The notes: generated from the letters alone by a model not told the origin. DNA of 59,021 nt, filler included, from Circinaria calcarea (GCA_051942165.1; 5 parts of 5 records of this genome joined end to end with filler, not necessarily neighbours in it), one strand, 5' to 3'. Counted from the first letter of the whole stretch, positions 11,832 to 27,407 are shown. Numbers and translations: made by a program.

Positions 11832-14122
11832 GAATTGACCGAATTGGAATTTGACGAGGTCGATGAAGCTTTGGAGTGAGTGTGGACGTGATGGATACTA
11901 CGGATCGAGGATACTGACGATGATGTAGATTTGCGGCCACGGAGACCGGCAGACGAACGCCGGTAGGAAGAGCGAGGAGTAAGTGGTGCTGGTGATATGG
12001 AGAGCCGGTGGTTAGGATTCGCCACCTGAGAGCCAGGATTGCGTAGGGCGGGTGATTGGTGATCAGTTCTGATGGTGGCTGGAGAACCTTTTCTGAGGTC
12101 AGCACTAATAGGTGACCGTCGTGCCTCCGGCGAGGATTTCTCCGTAGGGAACTTAAGAGTAGATGCGTCGCTCTTCGTAGCAGGCGACTTTGCCCGCTTC
12201 GCCGAGTCCATAAACCATTGTTTGATGGAGGAAAGCTGATTGATGATGGCAAGCTGATGGCGTCTCTGAGGCCCACGCTTTGACTTCCCATTCGGCGGCG
12301 CAAGTAGATCGGGATTTGCAGAAACAAGCTGCAGGGTACTGCCCCTAGACCTCCGTCTTTCTTTGGGCGGCAAGGGCGGCCGGTGCCTTGAGGAGTTGCT
12401 AGAGCGGACATAGTCCTTCTCGATTGGAGGCGGAGGAGTGGCTGATGAGGGAGACTCTATGACAGCACCTTCGGGAAGACGCGGCAGTTCTGGCATGATA
12501 ATTTGGGCTATAGACAGTCAGCTTTCTGGAAAGAGGAGCAAACTGCAAGACGAAGTTTACGGTTTGGAAAGCTACGTCTTTCTCTCCGGCCTCTGCTCCG
12601 AGGGGGTTCTATCATGGGCGGTGGCCGACCTTCTTCGCCTACATCCTGAAGTATTGGCGCCAGGCGCTCAAGTCGACTACTTGCTGCACTGATTCTCCTC
12701 AAGCTCTTCGACTCAAGCTCTCTCTCCTTCTTTTTCCTCTCCCGTCGCTTCTCCTTGCGCTCTTCCTTCTCGATTAGCAAAGCCCACCAGCCTGCCAAAG
12801 CATCACATCGCTGTGCCAGCACATTTTCCATGACCTGGTCGATGTTGACTCCAGCGCTGCGCATACGCTCCAAGGTCTCCGTTTCTAACTTGGTAGTGAA
12901 GGGAGCTGGTTGAGCGACTTTTAATATTGCTTGCTGGACAGGAGCATGCTCGGCTAAAAATGGATTGGTCAGGATGTCTGTTATAGATGGCCTGATAAGT
13001 GGCCGCTTGGACAACAACTGTGCAAGAAGAGCTTTTGCCTCTGCTGGCATTATATCCGGATACTTGGGCTCATTACCAAGGATTTTGTGTTTTGTAACCA
13101 TCTCATCGTCATCATCGAACGGGAGCTCTCCGGTCAACAAGGCATAGAGGATAACTCCTAAGCTCCAGACGTCCACCTTCTCCGCCGCATATTTTTCACC
13201 CCTCAGCATTTCCGGTGCGCTGTAGCAGACGGTGCCGCAGAAGGTCTGCAGGTGACTGGTTTTGCCTTCATACTCCCGAGTAAAGCCAAAATCGCAGAGC
13301 TTGACGTTTTCGTGCTTGTCTAGCAGTATATTTTCGAGCTTAAGATCTCGATGGACGCAGGACTTATTGTGCACATGAGCAACGGCCCCAACGAGCTGGG
13401 TAAAGATCTTTTGTGCCTTCTCGATAGGAAGTGGGCCATTCCGGAGGAGATAGTTATAAAGCTCATCCCCTGTTTGGACGGGCATCAGGTTTGTGTGGAT
13501 TAGACCAAGTTCTATCGTACTTACCAGGACAGTACTCCAAGACTAACCAGACAAGGTTTTCTGTAACGATGACTTCGTATAATCGCGCGATGTGCGGGTG
13601 CAGGAACTGTCGGTGATGGTGGATTTCCCGCGCAAGGTTCGAATCATCCTTTTTCGCAGATTTGAGCACCACCTAGTTCAAGTCTCAGCCCGCCGCCTCT
13701 CTCGATGGCCTCGACGTTAGGGTAAGCTAGGCCCACCTTCGAGCCGTTGGTGAGTTTATGCGTTGCCAGATACACCTTTCCAAATGACCCCTTGCCTATA
13801 AGCCGGCCCAAGGTGTAATTGCCCACCGAGCGTAGATCTTTCGACGAGAACTCTCTGCACACGCACGGTGATCAGTGTTTGTTTGCCACGGTCGGCGGAG
13901 ACAACGTCACGTACTCCAGTAATTCATGGTAGGAACTCGCGAGCTGGTAGGCGCAAGTTAGCTAGCCTCTAGGACATTTCACGGCGCCGAAGGGCGGAAT
14001 GGGAGGATTGTTGAGAATGCCTCGCTGTGTTGCTGGAAGCTCTTTCCGAGCGAACGCACAAGGGGCTTCACCTTTGCTTTCTTCTGACTTTGCACCTCAG
14101 CCTTGGATCTGGCAGCCGGCAT
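11832..14122 (-). CDS. Ser/Thr protein kinase, CAMK group (C-terminus truncated at contig end)
   Basis: Spliced N-terminus MPAARSKAEVQSQKKAK|LASSYHELLE|EFSSKDLRSVGNYTLGRLIGKGSFGKVYLA. Catalytic motifs HRDLKLEN, DFG, YSAPE and DVWSLG, followed by a long Ser/Arg-rich tail. Confidence 0.93.
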
Positions 14123-15111
14123 ATGGCCCTGAGGCACCTGGGCAACCCTATCCGCACTCGACCGGGCGAGGGGGAATTGGTGGGGAAGGCACGGCGATTG
14201 TCGGAGTAGCTACACAGTCTGAGGGCTTGAGAGGAGAAGGCAGGATCATGGACAGCATTGATAGATCTATGTCTGGGACCTATACCGGGGCGTAGGCATT
14301 CGGCCGAGCTGATTGCATCCCTGGGACTTATGCGCTTCCGCAGACACTACTGCTACTACTGCGGTGCTGCAAATCTCTCGCAGCGCGGCATGGGAATAAT
14401 CCCTACTGTGAAAATCGCCTCCTCCCTGTCACCCAAGTCTTCGATTATGTGGTTTTGGCTTCCGTTTCAAGCTCCGTGCTCCTCCCCACCACACCAGCAC
14501 GTTACTCGGTACCGAACCCGAAGACGCTAGAGCCTAGACGAGATGGGGCAGTCGTTTCAGTTTACCGCTACGGTTGACCTTGCCGTCGAGGGCGTAGGGC
14601 GTAGGGAAACATAATTGTATACAATCCTGGGCGACATTGTTAAAGGCCCCAAGCTGACTTACTCAGTCAGATGAGGTACGGTCAGCACGTTAGACGTTTG
14701 ATTGGGAACAATGCCAAGCCTCATCAGTACCATAATTAACTACTACCTCTGCTGTGTCCGAACTAGCCGCCCCCTTCTTTTTTGCTGATGTGGTCTACTT
14801 TAACCTTACGAGCCGGAACCCTAAACCTTCAAAGTCTGAGCCAATGCTAACTGCCAAGGACTAGAGCGACTGAATGGGTACACCTCGGATGCTACCCGTC
14901 TTTCTTGAGGTTGTAGCCAGCTCCTTACCGACAACTGTAAATACATGCTAGAGGCCCGTGACCTCGGCGCCAAGTCGAGCTGAACTCGTAATCATAGCAT
15001 GGCTGCTGCAGATAAGGGCCAAGTTTTCTGATGTGCTGCGTGATAGTGAAAGACAAGGGGTAGCAATTTGGCGTGCCGGTTTCAGGCGGCTGAATAACTC
15101 GCGAGCGTACT

Positions 15112-16188
15112 TCACATGAAATCGTCGCCACTATCGAACAGTTAGGATACTTCAGTAGTCCACTTGCTAAGGCTTACTCGTCAAGGCCCTCTTCATAAAG
15201 GGTAGTGTCCGCCCGCGACGAAACATCTCGGTTGGCAGCCAGTGTTGCTTTGGTCTTTGCAGCTTTGGTCTTTTTCCCTCCCTTTTCCGCCGCCTTCTCT
15301 TCCTTCATCCTCTCATTAGAAAGCGTCGTTAGGCCACTAGCAATTTTCTTAATCTCCTCGCTAGATAAATCGGCGACAATTTGTTTTGTAAATTCCCTCA
15401 GGAATAATGTGTATTGTGCTTTCTTGGAGTTCGCAGTCAATATAGGACCAAGCGCCTCTCTTAGCTTCAGGAATTCCTCTTTGGTAGTTGGGTTGAATAA
15501 GGGAATGGAAGAAAGGTCAATGGCGCTGGCTGGGTCCGAAGGATCAGCTGTGACAACCGGCTTGGCGGCACTGCGATTCTTATTTATTCCGATATTTCCG
15601 AATAGATCTTCAGCGTGTTTGAGATCGGAATCTTGCTCAGTGCGTCGAAGTCGGTCTCGCTTCTCAGCTGCATCCTCGTCTTCACTGCTCGAGTCATCCT
15701 CCTCCTCCTCCATTTTCCTGCGCATATTGGCCATTCTCTTCTCTTCGATTCGCTGCGCTCTCGACTTCTTATTCGCGGCAGCTTCTGCATCCGCTTTAGC
15801 CTTGGCTTCCGCAGCCTTCTTGGCCTTTTCAGCCTCAACTTCGGAGTCTTCTGCGGCATCCCAAGAGTCAACCACCTACGGTCCTTTAGAAAGTGTAAAG
15901 CTTCGCAAAGTATCGGAAGTACCTACATCACTATCGTCCTCCTCGTCATCGAACTTTGAGCGGCGGGGGATCGCGGTAGCAGTTGGCGGAGAGGATGGAG
16001 GCGTGCTATCATCCTCGTTGTCTATGGAAGATGTCAACATCGTATCATCCAGTCACACAAAGTGAATAAGTATCGACAGCCTAACAAGGCCGGTGCCCTG
16101 TCAAGTAAGGCTAGAAGACAAGGAAGGAAGAGGGCGTTGGTTGGGTGTTGGGAAGGGGGGGTTTACTCCATCTGTTTGCTGGTGCCAT
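15112..16188 (-). CDS. HCR1: Eukaryotic translation initiation factor 3 subunit J
   Basis: MAPANRW|..RRSKFDDEEDDSD|VVDSWDAAEDSE..DSDLKHAEDLFG..SNERMKEEKAAEKGGKK..LDD|GDDFM*. Four exons and the typical DDFM C-terminus. Confidence 0.93.
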
Positions 16189-16634
16189 CTTTGAAATGTA
16201 GTATAGGACTGTGATTATGAAAGGGTGAGGAGAATTGGAAATGTGACCGACTTCTAACCAATGTAAAATTGGATGGGTGATTTTTAGTGTTCAGCGCACA
16301 CAAAGGATGACGATAACGGTGGGAGTAAGGTCCATAAGCCTCATTAGTGACTTTTGGGATCTAACTAACTTTAAAATAGCACAGACACGTGCTTAGGCCG
16401 TACGGTCCGAGCCCCCCCTTAGCCGCTGGCATGTCACGAATTTACGAAAGCCGGACAATAACTATTATTATCACTACAAAAGTTCCTCAAGCTATAGAAT
16501 CATGTCAACTGGGTCAATGTTCTGGACTGGTTCAACAGTCTCGTGTGTCTAAGGAAAAGCTAGTTACAGCAACAACTAAGCCTCCTTCAGACGCTCCCGT
16601 ATCTGAAGATCTACGATGCAGATTTCTTGGTCTC

Positions 16635-18365
<1,731 letters not shown>

Positions 18366-18848
18366 GTCAAGCAGCCAGAAAGCCGATTGATTATCTCCAC
18401 TGACCTTGTGATGGTTTTAGTTTACCTTCGCGAAGGATGTAGCCCTTATGGTTTGACGTGTACGTAGGAAGTGCGGATGGAGGAGTGTGTGGTAGGAAGA
18501 AGGACGTCAATCCTCGATACTCTCCGGTAGCGACGCTGGAGGGCAGGTGGGGCCCGCGGGGGATACTTGGTTGTCCGGAAAAGCAGTTTCTCCGTAGCGC
18601 CGTAGATCCAGCTAGTGGGTAGTGTCGACCGTCAAATGATCCGAGCTCCAAGGCGCTTTTTTATCTACCTTAGAGACTCTACCTAACTCTTCTTTTCTTG
18701 CTAGAGGCGACGAACCACGAGAAGGTAGAGGATCACTTCCATCACGTCTAAGAATCAAGAGACCACTTCCCAGCTCGCAATCAGAAAGGTGAAGGTCGAT
18801 TGGAGGTGAGGCTGGTTATACGCCATCAAGTCTGCTCTCAGTTTCAAA

Positions 18849-20384
18849 ATGGATGGGGCGTCGGATCCAGAGAGAGCCGATGCGCTCGAACAGTATAAGA
18901 AGAAGCTATTGGAGCTGCGGGAGTGGGAGGCCAAACTAAAGGCCCTGAGGTTGGACATCAAAGGCCTTCAGACCGACTTCGATACCACCGAAGACAACAT
19001 CAAAGCGCTGCAGAGCGTTGGTCAGATAATAGGAGAGGTGCTGAAACAACTCGACGAGGAACGATGTGAGATACATAACTCTGCCCGTGTCAAGAAGCTT
19101 CCGTGGTACTTTGCATGACAGGCATACTAACCCTCCTGGCAGTCATCGTCAAAGCATCTTCTGGCCCCCGATATGTCGTTGGCTGCCGTTCGAAAGTCGA
19201 CAAAGCGAAGCTCAAACAAGGAACGCGAGTTGCCCTTGATATGACGACGCTCACCATCATGCGCATGCTTCCGAGAGAAGTAGATCCTTTAGTTTACAAT
19301 ATGTCTCTTGAGGATCCGGGCCAGGTTAGCTTTGGAGGTATCGGCGGGCTTAACGAGCAAATCCGAGAACTACGTGAGGTTATCGAGCTGCCGTTGAAAA
19401 ATCCAGAGTTGTTCTTAAGGGTTGGTATCAAGCCACCCAAAGGAGTTCTGCTATACGGTCCCCCAGGGACTGGGAAAACTCTGCTTGCAAGAGCGGTGGC
19501 AAGCGGCTTGGAGACAAATTTCTTGAAAGGTAAGTGGAGAATACTGGGTGCGGGTTCGAGTAGGAGAAAGAAGATTAATGGGATTTAGTGGTGTCCTCCG
19601 CAATTGTTGACAAGTATATTGGCGAATCTGCACGGCTTATTCGGGAGATGTTTGGCTATGCCAAGGAGCATGAGCCGTGTATTATATTTATGGACGAGAT
19701 CGATGCCATCGGTGGTCGGAGATTCTCCGAAGGGACATCTGCAGACCGGGAGATTCAACGAACCCTAATGGAGCTCCTGAATCAACTGGATGGATTTGAT
19801 TACTTGGGTAAAACTAAGATCATCATGGCAACAAACAGACCGGACACGCTTGACCCGGCATTACTGCGGGCAGGGCGTCTGGATCGGAAAATTGAGATAC
19901 CACTACCTAACGAAGTTGGACGGATGGAGATATTGAAGATTCATGCTAGCGGAGTTGCATTGGAAGGGGAAATTGACTACGAAAGTGTCGTCAAAATGAG
20001 TGATCAGTTGAATGGTGCTGACCTGAGGAACGTGGTGACAGAAGCGTAAGTCATATCCAGGTATTTTGCAGAGATCCAGACTAAATTTCTTGAAGTGGAC
20101 TATTCGCCATCAAGGAATACCGCGACGCAGTGAACCAGGGTAAGAGCTGCACCTGGCTTGAAAGTGCTCTTACTGACCTGATGCTTATTAGATGATTTCA
20201 ACAAAGCAGTCAGAAAGGTTGGTAGCCATATCTTTCAACTGATGGAGATTGCTTACTGATATTCAACTCACTATAGGTGTCCGAGAATAAGAAGTTGGAG
20301 GGAAAGCTGGTAGGTTCCCACAGAATCCTGCTGGGAAGTTCTCGAATCTAATTTATTGTGCTCTAGGAATATCAGAAGTTGTAG
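18849..20384 (+). CDS. RPT4: 26S proteasome regulatory AAA-ATPase subunit Rpt4 (7 exons)
   Basis: [28 protein letters not shown] Walker [34 protein letters not shown]. Terminal mini-exons 20096-20139, 20192-20217, 20277-20309 and 20367-20384 end in KLEYQKL*. Confidence 0.98.
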
Positions 20385-20835
20385 CCCTTTGTGTGGGAGT
20401 CACCAAAAATAAGCAGCTCAGAGGTCATGTACTATTAGATAGATAGATTGCTGGAACAAGCTGGTGTAATAATTATTACCACTTCACAACATCGTATGGC
20501 TCTGTATGCGTGAAACTAGACATATGAAACCAACGCATATGATGCGCCCCGGCCGGACCTCGGCATCGTCGTCTGGCAGGAATTCTTTTGGTGAGGACAG
20601 GACATGAGCACGACCTCCGTATTCCACACTGTTAAGTGCTCAGAGTTAAGACATTGTGTTTTAATGGTGCTTCGTCCGTGAGTTTAATAACGCCTATAAT
20701 GAGATATAACGGGACCTCCTGAGAGAGATTTGTGTCCAAGCACCTTGAACCAGGAGAATTCGAGTTGACCCGCAGCGCCTATATGGCCCCTTTTGTCGCT
20801 AACATTGTGAGAGCGAAGCTTACCTAAACGGAGGA

Positions 20836-23179
20836 ATGTCCTTTTCCTTGCCAAAGAATGTGCCCAGCTTCGAGAGCTCACAACGATCATACGAGAACGT
20901 ATACTGGGGGAGCTCGGGGAAGACACGCCAGAATGGAAACACTGGCAACACGATAGGGAGTAGGATCGGTGGATTATTCGAGAACAACGACTTACCAATG
21001 TATAAGGACAAACCATACAGCTATAGCGCCTCAAGGCGGAAAACACCTTTACTCCGGCGCAAAAGGATATGGTTCGGATTTATCATGTTTCTGTTCGGCT
21101 GCCTTGCGTATATGGAGGTTTTTTCTCCGTTTCTGAGATTGAGGAACAAAAATAGCGGTCTTTGGAAGTGGTTCACCAGGCACGAAAGTGATCCTCTTTC
21201 AATCGATTGGGACGTTCGGAGAGAAAGAGTCAAGGATGCCTTCAGGTTAAGCTGGGACGGTTATGAACGGTATGCTTGGGGTATGTCTCAAATTGTCCTT
21301 CAAAAAAGGATCGGGGGCAATACTTGATATCAATTCTACACCGAGGGAGTTGCTGATTCTCCTGAACTACAACAACTAACACCGTGACTGTCAGGTTCCG
21401 ATGAATATCATCCCGTATCCAAGGAAGGGAGTCAGATCGCCCCTTCAGGTCTCGGTTGGATCATAGTAGACGCCCTGGACACCCTCATGATTATGAACTT
21501 GACTTCCCGATTATCACACGCTCGTGAATGGATTTCTACGTCGTTGGATTACAACCAGGACCATGAGGTTAATACTTTTGAGACCACAATCCGCATGTTG
21601 GGCGGTCTGCTTTCCGCTCATTATCTCTCTAAAACGTACCCCGAAATGGCTCCGCTAACCGACGACGATCGTGGCAAGCCAGGGGAAGACCTTTACCTCG
21701 AAAAAGCTGCGGATTTGGCGGATCGATTGCTTGGCGCTTTTAACACCGGGAGCGGCGTACCGTATGCGAATGTGAACCTTAAGACTCAACACGGTAGAGG
21801 ACCATATGTTGATGGTGGTGCATCTTCAACCGCCGAGGCCGCTAGCTTACAACTCGAATTTAAATATCTTGCTATGCTTACGGGCGAGGCCACGTACTGG
21901 GAGAAGTCCGAGAGAGTAATTCAAGTTATCGACGACAATGGTATGGAAGACGGTCTTCTGCCAATCTTTATCTATGCAGATCGAGGTAACTTTCGGGGTG
22001 AAAACATACGGCTTGGGAGCAGAGGTGACTCCTACTACGGTAAGTTCCACTCTACAGACTATATTCAGCAACTTCTAAATTCCTAAAGAATACCTCATCA
22101 AGCAATATCTTCAGACATCCAAGCAAGAACTAGTCTATCTTGAGATGTGGAATCAAGCTTTAGCCGGCGTCCGAAAGCATCTTATTACCTACTCGAGGCA
22201 CGCAAACCTAACTATTCTTGCTGAGCGCCCTGACGGGCTTTCCAAGAAACTGTTCCCAAAGATGGATCATCTTCTCTGTTTTATGCCTGGGACGATAGCC
22301 CTCGGAGCCACGGGTGGACTCACTGTCACCGAAGCTAAGAAGTCCAAAAGCTGGAGTCAGAAGCAGGACGACGATATAGAGCTCGCGCGCGAACTGACGA
22401 AAACCTGCTGGGGTATGTATAAAGCCAGCGCTACGGGGTTGGCCCCCGAAATAACCCACTTCAACATCAGTGATCCCCCGCGTTTTGAGGTTGACGGCCG
22501 GTTATCGTCAGCGGATATTTTATTCGAGAGTACAGCCAATGCCAGCTGGAAAGCCGACTACATCATAAAGTCCCAAGATTCACATAATTTACAACGTCCA
22601 GAAACAGTAGAGACTTTGTTTTACATGTGGAGGATTACAGGAGAAACGATGTATCGGGAATGGGGCTGGGAAATGTTCAAATCCTTTGTGAAGTACACTG
22701 CTGCAGCAGATGGATCGGGTTTCACGAGTTTGTCGAAAGCAAATCAAATTCCTCCGGTTATTAAGGATGATATGGAAAGTTTCTGGCTGGTGAGCAAAGC
22801 TTCTATAACCTCTCTTTATCCTACTCTACCGAACCTTGAAAGCGAGACTAATGCCACCGGCACCAAGGCCGAAACACTAAAATACTTCTACCTCCTCTTC
22901 TCACCAACCGACCTCCTACCATTAGACCAGATCGTCATCAATACGGAAGCGCACATTTTCCCACGTTTCGAACTCCAACGAGGCCTCAAGACAGGCTGGC
23001 ACCGCAAACCGAGGGATTCGAAAGGCCGCATCATCCCAGACGCACCAATGGACATTGCGCCGGCAAGACACACAGTGGTCAAGGAGAATGGAGGGACAAA
23101 GCCGGCGGTGAAGAGGGTTCAGGTGACAGACTCCAAACCGAACAGTGAGAAATTGGGGGCGAAGACGTTTTCCGGTTGA
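20836..23179 (+). CDS. MNS1: ER mannosyl-oligosaccharide alpha-1,2-mannosidase (GH47), 4 exons
   Basis: Type II TM anchor (IWFGFIMFLFGCLAY) and motifs SWDGYERYAWG|DEYHP, NTFETTIRMLGGLLSA, RLGSRGDSYY|EYLIKQY, QRPETVE, DDMESFWL|AETLKY and INTEAH. Confidence 0.96.
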
Positions 23180-23557
23180 TTTGTTCCAACCGGGCTTAGT
23201 TGTGTTTGGGTCTTTCTTCTATCTAATTCATCAATCCTGGTTGACATTAGTGGGTTTGGAAGAAGCATCAGCGTCGGAGCCTTCTTTATTGCTTGTCTGT
23301 TTTTTTGTTATTTTCTTGGGGGGCATCTGGACCGTTTGTGTATACCCAGGCATTTGGACGGTTCGGTGATCCTTCCTAGTGAGAGGGAAGAGCCAAAGGC
23401 CGGGAAGACATGTAAAACATGGATGACGAGTAAAGGTACCGTTAAATCAAAGCCCCTGTATGTGAAGAAAACCCCCTTCTTCTCCCCTCCTCCCACGAAC
23501 CAAGCCCCCGAGCCCCCGAGTGCAAGGCCTGAATCTGGCCAAACATCCTCAGATCAA

Positions 23558-23657
23558 NNNNNNNNNNNNNNNNNNNNNNNNNNNNNNNNNNNNNNNNNNN
23601 NTTAATTAATTAANNNNNNNNNNNNNNNNNNNNNNNNNNNNNNNNNNNNNNNNNNNN
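23558..23657. other. Artificial contig linker
   Basis: N44-TTAATTAATTAA-N44. Confidence 0.99.
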
Positions 23658-24776
23658 TTCATCACCGCGGCGGTCTTCCAACCCAGATGATAAATTTTCC
23701 TGGATGCGTTCATGCTCCCACCTTGCGAGCTCCACTTTACGTAGCGCAAATTCCAGTCGATCGAGTAGGCCCCATATCTGTGCATACCTTGTTGTGAGCT
23801 CAGACGGACTGAAGGAGACCGAGCTCGACAATGGTAACTTGGAAGTTGGAGTCTCTTGACTCGTGCTCTCCGAGGCCATAGAAGAAGGTTTCGAAGTTGT
23901 TGCAATAGTGCATAGTACTTTATCGTTACTTGTAGCTAGAACATGAGAGCCGCCACTTGGGGTCCCTCGCAGACCGTTTAGTATACCTATTGAACCGGTA
24001 TTGGTTTGTTCAGGTTGAGAATCTTGAATGCTTTTGCTAAGTAAGTCATTAAAGTCGCGCTTTGCTGTTTCGTTGGCAAGAACCAAGCTTTTCAATGTGA
24101 GGAGTTCATCTGCGTTGTCGATGTCGTTCCTAGTATCAATCTGGTAAGCACAAGGAAAACTTGATGCATAGCTTTGAAGAACCTACGCTGAAGGTGAGGA
24201 GACTCTATCGGCATAATTCAGCACTGCTAGTTGCAAGGTGATTGTAGACTTGAGGGATTCCAAATTCCCTCGCAGTAGCTGTACACGAGACTTGCGAAAG
24301 ATCCAGAGGAATTTCTCGATTCGAGGGAGAGGGATACCGGCATCTGAAGACACGCCATCTTTGCTGCTCTTCTTCAGAATCTCCTCAATCTCCCCGAAAA
24401 CATCCTCGCATTCCTTGACGATGAGAAGGCTGGTCTTGTATGCGTCTTCCCGATATAGCCTGGACTTTTGTCCTCTTCCCAGTGTCTTTCCCAGATCTTT
24501 GAGCACCGCCGAGAAGAGCGCGATATCTTTGGCGACATACTGTACGTCCTGTGGTAGGCTTGATCAGTTATAGCATCAAGCAGAGTTTCCACACTGCCTC
24601 ACCTTATTTGCCGATCCCACAGTCTCTGCAACCTTATAGAGCGTGATAGAGAGCTGAGCTCCAAGTTGAGCGATTTGTACAATGCTGGCAATAGCCGCAA
24701 TCTACCATAGGTGATCTTCATCAGTTGATCTTGCTTCTGACGACGACTCCTAGCTCAAACAGCATACCGCTTCCAT
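23658..24776 (-). CDS. Protein with fungal HeLo-like/STAND N-terminal helical domain (truncated at contig end)
   Basis: Spliced MEA|IAAIASIVQIAQLGAQLSITLYKVAETVGSANK|DVQYVAKDIALFSAVLKDLG...ECEDVFGEIEEIL...FLWIFRKSRVQLLRGNLESLKSTITLQLAVLNYA. Canonical introns join four exons. Confidence 0.75.
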
Positions 24777-25145
24777 AGTTTGCTGCCATGAAAGATAATT
24801 CGAGCCTATTTTCACAGTTCTGACATCTTAAGCCCATGCGCCGCTCGGTAGCCTGGTATATCTAGTGTTTGGGAACTTTTCAGGTTAATGAGTAGGCATG
24901 CATTCGTAAAATATCCTAATCCTTTGCCGCAGGTATATCTCGAAATTCTCCGATGTCATAAGCTATGCCAAGCACGTCCGTATCCCGCTACGCCAATACA
25001 GAATGCATTTTCATCCACAGCCTTGCATATCAACATCCTAAGCCCGCTTCTTCCCCAGATCCGTCTCCTCCCTAGCCAAGCCATCTCTCGCACGAACGTC
25101 TGCGTCGGAACAAGAAATATCTCTTTGTCGCTTCCACAGCCTAGC

Positions 25146-25802
25146 CTAGATCTCATCGACATCAACTTCCTTGTCGTCGCTGCTGTCCCGGTCTTCGTCA
25201 AACTCGACGTTGTCGTCGCCTCCTTCTTGACCGTATCTACATTCCCATTAGTATTACTTCTCCCAATCGTCTAATGGCAGATGACTGCACTTACGTATCT
25301 GTCTCGTTGATCTTTGCCGAAACGGGTAGCTCGCCATATGCCTTCAGACTCCTTGCCTCATCGGCACTGTATTTGAGTATGACGTCGCCTTTTTCATCTT
25401 GGTAGTCTCGAAGGGAAAGTAGAATTATGTCGCCTTGGTTGATCCAGACTTTCTTCCGCAATTTGCCGCGAATGTGTGCAAGCCGCTTCTCGCCGTCGAA
25501 GCAAAGAGCTTCGAGACGACCGTTGCCAAGCATTTTGATAACTTGTGCGTATTCTAGCGAGGAGGAATCAGTTGATGCTTGTGGACAAGAGGGATGTACC
25601 CAGGGCATAGCCGCCTTTGAGTAAAAGTCTTCTAGACTGTAGGTGTCCTACCTTGGCCTTCTTCCTTGAAAGTCAACTCTCTCTTCTCGTTGTCATTCTC
25701 GTTCTTGCCCCTCCTTCGGTTTTTACCTCCCTACAACCCAGAAGTCAGTAGACTCCGGGGACGCAAAAGATCCTAACTTACTTTGCCCTTATTCTTAGGC
25801 AT
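25146..25802 (-). CDS. TIF11: Eukaryotic translation initiation factor 1A (4 exons)
   Basis: [83 protein letters not shown], with an acidic tail ending VDEI*. Confidence 0.98.
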
Positions 25803-26975
25803 GGTGAAATCTGTTGAATCAACTGTGCCTTGGGGTTGTGTGTATGAAGTATTGAAATCAAAGAGTTGGATCGGTGTATTCTTTTTCGCTTTTGGACGCA
25901 GTGGGGAGATCTAGCGCTAGTGGCGGGGCGTAAGATTATCACGTGTTTGGTTGCATCCGCATTCGACCCACAGGTTTGGAATACGATTATGGTATTTATT
26001 TGATTCGGATTGAAATATACTCTACCACAGTTTACCACTCCTCGCCATCCATTCCAGTAAAACCGGTCTACAAATTGGCCTAGCTATCTAAACAGCCTCT
26101 AGAATACTCTCGTTAAGTATGCAAGTGCTCTCCTCTCGGTCTAAACCCCCGAAATTACCGGGGGTATTCGGTTCCTAGTTTGTGAGAAAGAAAATCTTGC
26201 TTCTATTGCTTTGTGTTTTTATCAAACATGGCACCTTAAAGGGTTATACTTTATTCACATCCTTCCTCTGGCCAGAGTCTCCTTGACTCATTCAGCTATT
26301 TCCCGTGCTTTTCTTCCTCTCGCATGTATTGTCGCATGTACCTCAGACCAAATAAAAATCCTCAACCCGAGATCAGTCAGTGCACATTCTACGGCTTGTT
26401 GAATGCCGGTTAGATCGTTTATCAAGAAAAGCCCGAGAAGCTCAAAGACACGATGTTGACACATGGATTTCCCGCTCGGGTCGCGTATATCTGTTTATCT
26501 CTGCATCTGAGATCTGGCAGTGCAACGTGTAAGCCCGGTACGGGATGTAAAGGAATTTCGATCAAGGGAATTGGTTTATAATAGGTATGCTTCATACCCT
26601 TTCTATGAGACTTCTTCTCCGCCAGTCCAACCATCAAACTCCGAAATTTCCTCCCCCCCCAAAAAGTTATCACTACGCGCAGCGACCATCCCAGCGGGAC
26701 ACTGAAAGTTCTTCAGCCATCGTGCGTGGACAGCTGTCAACCACCACTCAATACAACCGCCACATTTTAACCTGTTCACGCCTTGCTCCAACATGCTCCT
26801 CTATTCCGCCTCGCAACTCCTAGCAACATTGTTCCTCGCAGCCAACTACTCCACGCACGCATGGCGTAACAATACTGAGTATTTAATAGAGTTTGATTGA
26901 ATTCTCATTTGGTTTTAGTTCGGTTTGTACTCTACCTATCCCCTTTCCCCTTTCCCCGTATGGAAACTCCCCTCG

Positions 26976-27069
26976 TGAAGGTGAAGGTGTCAGTGTCAGT
27001 GCCAGTGCCAGTGCCAGTGGCAGTGCCAGTCAATGTCAGTGGCAGTGGCAGTGGCAGTACCAGTGCCAG
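26976..27069 (+). repeat. Degenerate hexanucleotide microsatellite (CAGTGN)n
   Basis: About 15 units of gtgaag/cagtgt/cagtgc/cagtgg in tandem. Confidence 0.85.
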
Positions 27070-27407
27070 ACGAAAAGGGGGAATTCCTCTTTCGTGAAAC
27101 AAAAGGAGGACGAGGAAAAAAGGGGGTGGGGAAAAGGGGGATTAGGAAATTTTTGTTTTTGGAGGCACCAAGGGGGGAGGTGGGTTCTTGTCGGTAAATA
27201 GATAAGCCGTGACATTTGGGCCGAAGGGGTTTTAATCATGAATGGCATGGCTGGTCAGCTACTTGAATGTCGGTTATATATAATTAACTCCTCAAGTTTC
27301 AATACTGTAATTTACAAATGAAGATACCACAACTCCCTTCAAGTTCCTGAAAGCTGACGTAGGTACATTTACCTTCGCAAAGCGCACACAACGAGGGAAA
27401 GTGACAC

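Noticed and set aside
15205..16065. 286-aa plus-strand ORF
   Set aside because: Antisense shadow of eIF3j; its Ser/Phe/Leu bias mirrors the Glu/Lys codons.
26893..27201. ORF with SASASA/QWQWQW repeats
   Set aside because: Translation of a hexamer microsatellite with a non-ATG start.
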